A model generated the notes under the pieces. The model saw only the letters and a program-made list of their open reading frames with translations. It was not told the DNA's origin and searched no databases. From Macrostomum lignano (Eukaryota), in assembly GCA_002269645.1 (NCBI GenBank), contig NIVC01002406.1, forward strand, positions 62,001-126,000: a stretch of DNA of 64,000 nt, given 5' to 3'. Below are positions 58,776 through 64,000 of the stretch, piece after piece. A program made the translations under genes and the position numbers. The first letter of the stretch is position 1. The number at the start of each line of letters is the position of its first letter.

Positions 58776-59437
58776 TGGCAACATCGATTCTAAAAAAAAA
58801 TGTTGAAAATAATAATTGCTGACCATATTGACCAGGAAAGTCAAAGGAAAGACGGGGAAAGGACGACGTGAGGCCACATTAAGTTTTTAAATTGCATAGT
58901 TTGCTTTTCAGAACTTGCTTTAAACGTTTGTTGCTATGCTACGTAAATAGGCAATTCCAGTATTTAATCTTTCGTCATTGTTAGATGGTTGATTAGCACC
59001 TTTGATGGTTCAGTGTTGCAAAACAGTAAAGCTCGTTAAGTGAACCAATTGGGCTTAGTGGATCGAATTTTGATATCTACATGTACGAGTATTTAATTAC
59101 TAACAATGCTAATTCTGGAATGCCAAGCACCAATGATTTGGTTACGCGATAATTGCTACCATGCTAAAGCAAAATCATTGCTAGCAGAGAAGCATTGCTC
59201 GTACGGTGATATAATGTTTGTTTTTGACACGACACGACATTAGGGTTAGCAAAGCAGAACAACGGATTGCGTATGAAATATGAATGCGGATGAATTTATA
59301 AAGACTCGTGGTATCTGAGGCGCCAATACGACTATATAACTTCTAGCAAACTCGAGCGATAGTTCTTCGAATTCTAGACGCATGCATATTCACAGCTCTG
59401 CTGGTTCTTACCTTTAATCAGTCAAAATAGTTATTTC

Positions 59438-62400
59438 ATGGACGATTACTGCCCAAAATGCAGCCATGCTGTTAGCGGCCGCCAACATGCACTTAACTGT
59501 GATAGATGCAAGTTTTGGTATCATCGACTCTGTTTAACAGGTAAGATTCTAAACTTCGCTATTTTGCCCAACTTTTTCGTGTTTAACAGAAAAAAGGTAT
59601 TCCATCATAAATTCTACATGTAACTTCGCCGAATTTCACTTTCCCATAATTTCATTTGCTCGTAATATCACTCCCAATTGCATCTCAAAGCAATTGCATA
59701 CACGGATGCGTGTAGCCAGTAAGTACATGTACGCTCGTAGCTACAGTCCATGCCACGCCTTTTTGTTATCATTTTAGGGCGCGCCAGCATCTCTATGGCT
59801 AAATATCGTGAGTTACAACGCCGCAGCTCCTTTAACTGGTGCTGCCCAAACTGCAGTTTAGCGGGCAATGAAGCTGCAGCGGATGAGGAAAGTGAGCAGG
59901 TTGCTACAGCCAGCGAATCTGAGGATGAGGCTGCAGCGGATGAGGAAAGTGAGCAGGTTGCTACAGCCAGCGAATCTGAGGATGAAGCTGCAGCGGATGA
60001 GGAAAGTGAGCAGGTTGCTACAGCCAGCGAATCTGAGGATGAAGCTGCAGCGGATGAGGAAAGTGAGCAGGTTGCTACAGCCAGCGAATCTGAGGATGAA
60101 GCTGCAGCGGATGAGGAAAGTGAGCAGGTTGCTACAGCCAGCGAATCTGAGGATGAAGCTGCAGCGGATGAGGAAAGTGAGCAGGTTGCTACAGCCAGCG
60201 AATCTGAGGATGAAGCTGCAGCGGATGAGGAGGTTGTAGCTGATGATGGCGGGATGATTCACGATCTCTATGAATCAGTTAGTGACCCAGAACCCAGGCC
60301 AATAGTTGAGCGAGGTCAAGAGTTAGAGACTTTTGAAGTCATGCAAGACGGAGGCAGCCGAGGGAACGTTCTTGTAATATCGTCGAATGGGTACTCCTAT
60401 GGCCTTCATCGTCGGCGTGGTGCTCGTGAATATTATCGTTGCACTCAGCGCAGTCGTCATACCCCTTGTTGTGCTACTCTAATTCGCAGTGCCGGTGAAG
60501 AGTTCAAGCATGGGAAAAGCGGGCACAGCCATGCACCAACCCTTGGTGCTTCTGCTACTCGAAAGATTTATCGAGACGTAAAAGTTGCTGCCTCAACGGA
60601 TGTCTTTAAGTCTGCGGCACAGCTTACAGATGATAGACTACTGCGCGAACTCACTTCCTCCACGGCAGCGAACTTGCCGAATCCAACAAATCTAATTAGA
60701 GCTGCAAACCGGTTTCGCGAAAGAGGACGGCCAGAGGAGCCTAAGGATTTAAACTTCCAACTGCAGTTGGAAGCCTTGCCCAATGGATTTCTCAGAAGTG
60801 ATGTCCAGGTTGGAGGAAGACGACACTTAGTATTTGCTACTAATCATCAATTGACACTACTGAGTAGTGCCCACGAGTTGTTCATGGACGGTACGTTTTC
60901 AATTGTCCGACGGCCATTTGTGCAACTTTACTCGATTCATGGCTTTTTCCGTGCTGAAGGACATCTGAAACAGGTGAGCATGCAATAGGTCAATATTACG
61001 ATCGTACTAAGCTCTAATATACGGAATTCGAATCCCTGGAACTATATTTCTGTATGAATCCTAATGAATCACACAACATCACGTCTTCTCTTCACTCTTC
61101 TCTCTTGTCTCTGTTCTCTTTTCGCCTCTTTCATCTCTCCCCTCTCTTCCCTCTCCCTCTCTCCCTCTCTTCCCTCTCTCCCTCTCTCCCCTCTCTCCCT
61201 CTCTCTCCACTCTCTCCCCTTTCTCCCCCCTCTTTCCTCTCTTCTCTCTCTCTACCTTTCTCCCCTCTCTTCCCTCTCCCTCTCTCCCTCTCTTCCCTCT
61301 CTCCCTCTCTCCCCTCTTTCCTCTCTCTTCTCTCCCTTCTCTCCCCTTTCTTCTTCTCTCCCCTCTCTCCCTTTTCTTCTTCTCTCCCCTCTCTCCCTTT
61401 TCTCCCCTCTCTCTCCTCCCCTCTCACCTTTCTCCCCTCTCTCTCCTCCCCTCTCACCTTTCTCCCCTCTCTCCCCTCTTTCCTCTCTCTTCTCTCCCTC
61501 TCTCCCTTCTCTCCTCTCTTCTTCTCTTCCCTCTCTCCCCTCTCTCCCTCTCTCCCCTCTCTCCCTCTCTCCCCTCTTTCCTCTCTCTCTTTTCTCCCCT
61601 CTCTCCCGCCCTCTCCTCTTGCTTCTCTCTTCTCTCTATAAGGGAAAGAGAGACAGGCGGATGTTGTACATGATTGCATGCTATATACATGTGTATGTAC
61701 TGTATCCATGTATTGCAATTACCGCCGTTTTAAACTAATGGCAGGTCCCATTAGCGTTTGTCCTAATGTCTGGAAGAAAAAAGCGCGACTACAAGGCAAT
61801 CCTGCGTGAAATTCGGAGACTAGTTCCTAACATGGATCCGAAGAGTTTTGTCCTGGATTTCGAGCACTCTGTGTGGAAGGCGATCCGGAGGGTCTTCCCA
61901 AATGCTAGTGTTCGTGGCTGCAATTTTCACTGGACTCAAGCAGTTTGGCGCAAAGTCCAGAACATAGGACTTCAACAGTCCTATCAAGAAGATGAAGGCA
62001 CGCAAAAGTTCGTCCGGAAAATTATGGCCCTGCCTTATTTGCCCGCGGACACTATTGTGGCAGCCTTTGACGAGCTTCGGACAGAAAATGCCGTTGAAGC
62101 TGACGAACGTCTAGTTGAGCTCTGCAATTACGTTAGCGGCACCTGGCTAACGGAGGGCCATCAATGGACTCCAGGAGACATTTCTGTATTTGGCCAGCCA
62201 ATACGAACCAACAACGACTTAGAAGGCTGGCACTACCGCCTTAATCGCAAAGCGGGACGACGGAACCTGCACTTCTACCTGCTGGTACAACTTATTTATG
62301 ATGAGGCTGCCTTAGTACCTCTTCAATCTAATCTGCTGTCTAGAGGTATGCTTTCTCGTGAACAGCGGAAGACGTATAGAACTGTTCAGTCCCGTCTGTT

Positions 62401-62485
62401 CCGATATTGGGCAGAGTTCGATTCTGGCAACCGAACGGTACGACAGCTTCTTCGAGCCTGTGGTCGGCTGTGTAATCCGAAGTGA
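59438..62485 (+). CDS. PHD-finger + FLYWCH + MULE DDE transposase, 679 aa; exons 59438-59540, 59778-60973, 61745-62485
   Basis: Spliced length of 2040 nt stays in frame. PHD CPKC..CDRC..HRLC..CPNC; FLYWCH-like YYRC...C...H.H; catalytic MDGTF, LDFE, GCNFHW and NDLEGWH. Confidence 0.9.
59870..60231 (+). repeat. 57-bp coding tandem repeat x6.3 (EAAADEESEQVATASESED)
   Basis: Near-identical in-frame units seen directly. Confidence 0.95.
61085..61635. repeat. CT-rich microsatellite in MULE intron 2
   Basis: Seen directly; source of the spurious L/S/P and E/R/G ORFs. Confidence 0.92.
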
Positions 62486-64000
62486 TCGAACCCTCTCAGG
62501 ACAACGGCCTGCAGCATGTGCTGGATGACGGCCACAGGCACAGAGAGGAATCTGTTGGACGGCCGCCTGTGCTAATGCAATAGCTATCTCTCTGTTATAG
62601 CGCGAACTTAGAAAAGTTGTTTACTACATGTATAACGATCTTTCAATTCACTCAATCATGTATTGTTAATCATTTCGAATAGGATTTTTCTTCCATGCTA
62701 TAGTTTTATCGCCAATTGACAATTATTTTACTTTCAGCTTTTCGTTGTAAATTTTCTAAGACCATTAATTCATGGCAATTTTTCTGTTGTAAATATAAAA
62801 CCCATTATTAAAATCCACTAATCACAAATCGCTATGCCATGCATATTTTTCATGTTTTAATATTCGATATTTGTGGAAATTGAGTCGCAATACTAATAAA
62901 TGCTCTAAATATTAAATAAATTATGTTATTTTCTTCCTTAAGCTTGAATATAAGTGTACTATACATGTATGACAGTACAAATGTCTGATCTTACGCAACA
63001 ATCAACCATGCAACCATGCAATATGCACTGTAGCTACTTATATTCATATGAATGTGAACAATAATTAACTAACAATAACTGTTAAAATATACTCGTAAAA
63101 ATGTTATGCTTTTTGACATAAATTTGCTCGACTTTGCAAAAATCAATAGGCCAGGGTAGGCCTATTGCCAAAATTCTTACTTTCATAAAATAAATTTAAG
63201 TGTTATAAATTTAAGTGTAGTGATATAACAAAGCCAGTTACGAAATCAACGCAAAGCAATAAAACCTGACGAGTTTTGAGTATTAAGTCTTGTTCATGAG
63301 TTTATTATCTTACAGACAAAATTAACTTCCATTTTTAAAACGTGTCACCGAATCGTCTAAATTTTTCACCGAATCGTCCTAAATTGTCACCGAAAAGGCT
63401 GTCACCGAAACGTCCTGTCACCGAAATGTCCAGGGACCCTATCTGTTTATATGTATGCTTATTAGGCCTATTTTAAGCCGTAACTATCAAGTTATATATC
63501 TTTCTATTTTAATTAAGGTTAGGACTAGCTTGACTTTGTGAATTGAGTAGTCAATCTAGCTATTCAGTTAAATCTATTAAATAATGATTTTCTGCAAGAA
63601 AGCCTGTTAGCATCTTTTGGACTTGTTGCATTTTTAAAAACAATGTTATAGATCTAATAAATAGGCCTAAATTCTTTGCAATTATACTTGCAACTTGCTT
63701 TTGGCATAACTAGCCTAGTAGCTAAGGTTATTATGAATAAATAATGATTATTGTAAATTTGATCAGATATAGGGCTAGGCCAAGTCTAGAATTTAATAGC
63801 CATGGGGCATAATGCCTATTTAGACTTAGGCCTCATGTTTTATCATACTAGCAAATAAATGGAACTTGCATTGTTTTGCCTAAAAACTATATGGTCTAGA
63901 ACCAATTTTAAAATAAAAAAATTAAATCTAAAAACATATATAATAATAATTTCTATACTCATTATTTTATTGGTATTTCTATTTATTGACTTAGGCCTTG

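Larger units (their letters stand above)
57764..63438 (+). mobile_element. Complete Mutator-like (MULE) DNA transposon
   Basis: TIRs of about 218 bp (57764-57982, 63222-63438) with ttcggtgac sub-repeats. Perfect 9-bp TSD ctatctgtt at 57755-57763 and 63439-63447. Transposase inside. Confidence 0.95.

Noticed and set aside
59858-60262. Alternative-frame ORFs with repeating units; spaced repeats that could suggest CRISPR
   Set aside because: Shadows of the 57-bp coding repeat; units are contiguous with no unique spacers.
61054-61738. 195-224 aa L/S/P and E/R/G ORFs
   Set aside because: CT microsatellite inside a well-supported intron of the MULE transposase.

Overview
Eukaryotic, animal-like, repeat-dense 64 kb window with AT-rich spacers, GT-AG introns and no prokaryotic features. 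One host gene is well supported: a five-exon, double CAP-domain GAPR-1/GLIPR2-like gene at 35431-37812. Most of the rest is nested mobile DNA. The centre (about 11.6-30.9 kb) is an endogenous Maverick/Polinton (adintovirus-like) virus. It encodes a parvovirus-type PLA2, an rve integrase, an adenovirus pX/mu-like protein, a 5'-deleted pPolB, an adenain-like protease, a packaging ATPase and a truncated major capsid protein. Inserted into it (16113-24563, minus strand) is an unusual Ty3/Gypsy-type LTR element. This element keeps intact gag and a -1 frameshifted protease but has no RT, RNase H or integrase. In their place is a divergent pair of accessory ORFs, one of which looks SGNH-fold-like. 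A related 2 kb solo LTR with a 4-bp TSD lies at 40153-42199. The Maverick capsid gene is cut by an internally deleted Crypton-like tyrosine-recombinase element bounded by 43-46 bp direct repeats. Also present are an apparently intact PHD-FLYWCH-MULE transposon with TIRs and a 9-bp TSD, degenerate Gypsy pieces, RTE-like LINE fragments (one with a twin-priming-type inversion, one with a nested RNase H LINE), P-like, hAT-like and MULE-like MITEs, and tandem repeats. All family assignments come from recognising motifs by eye; no searches were run.
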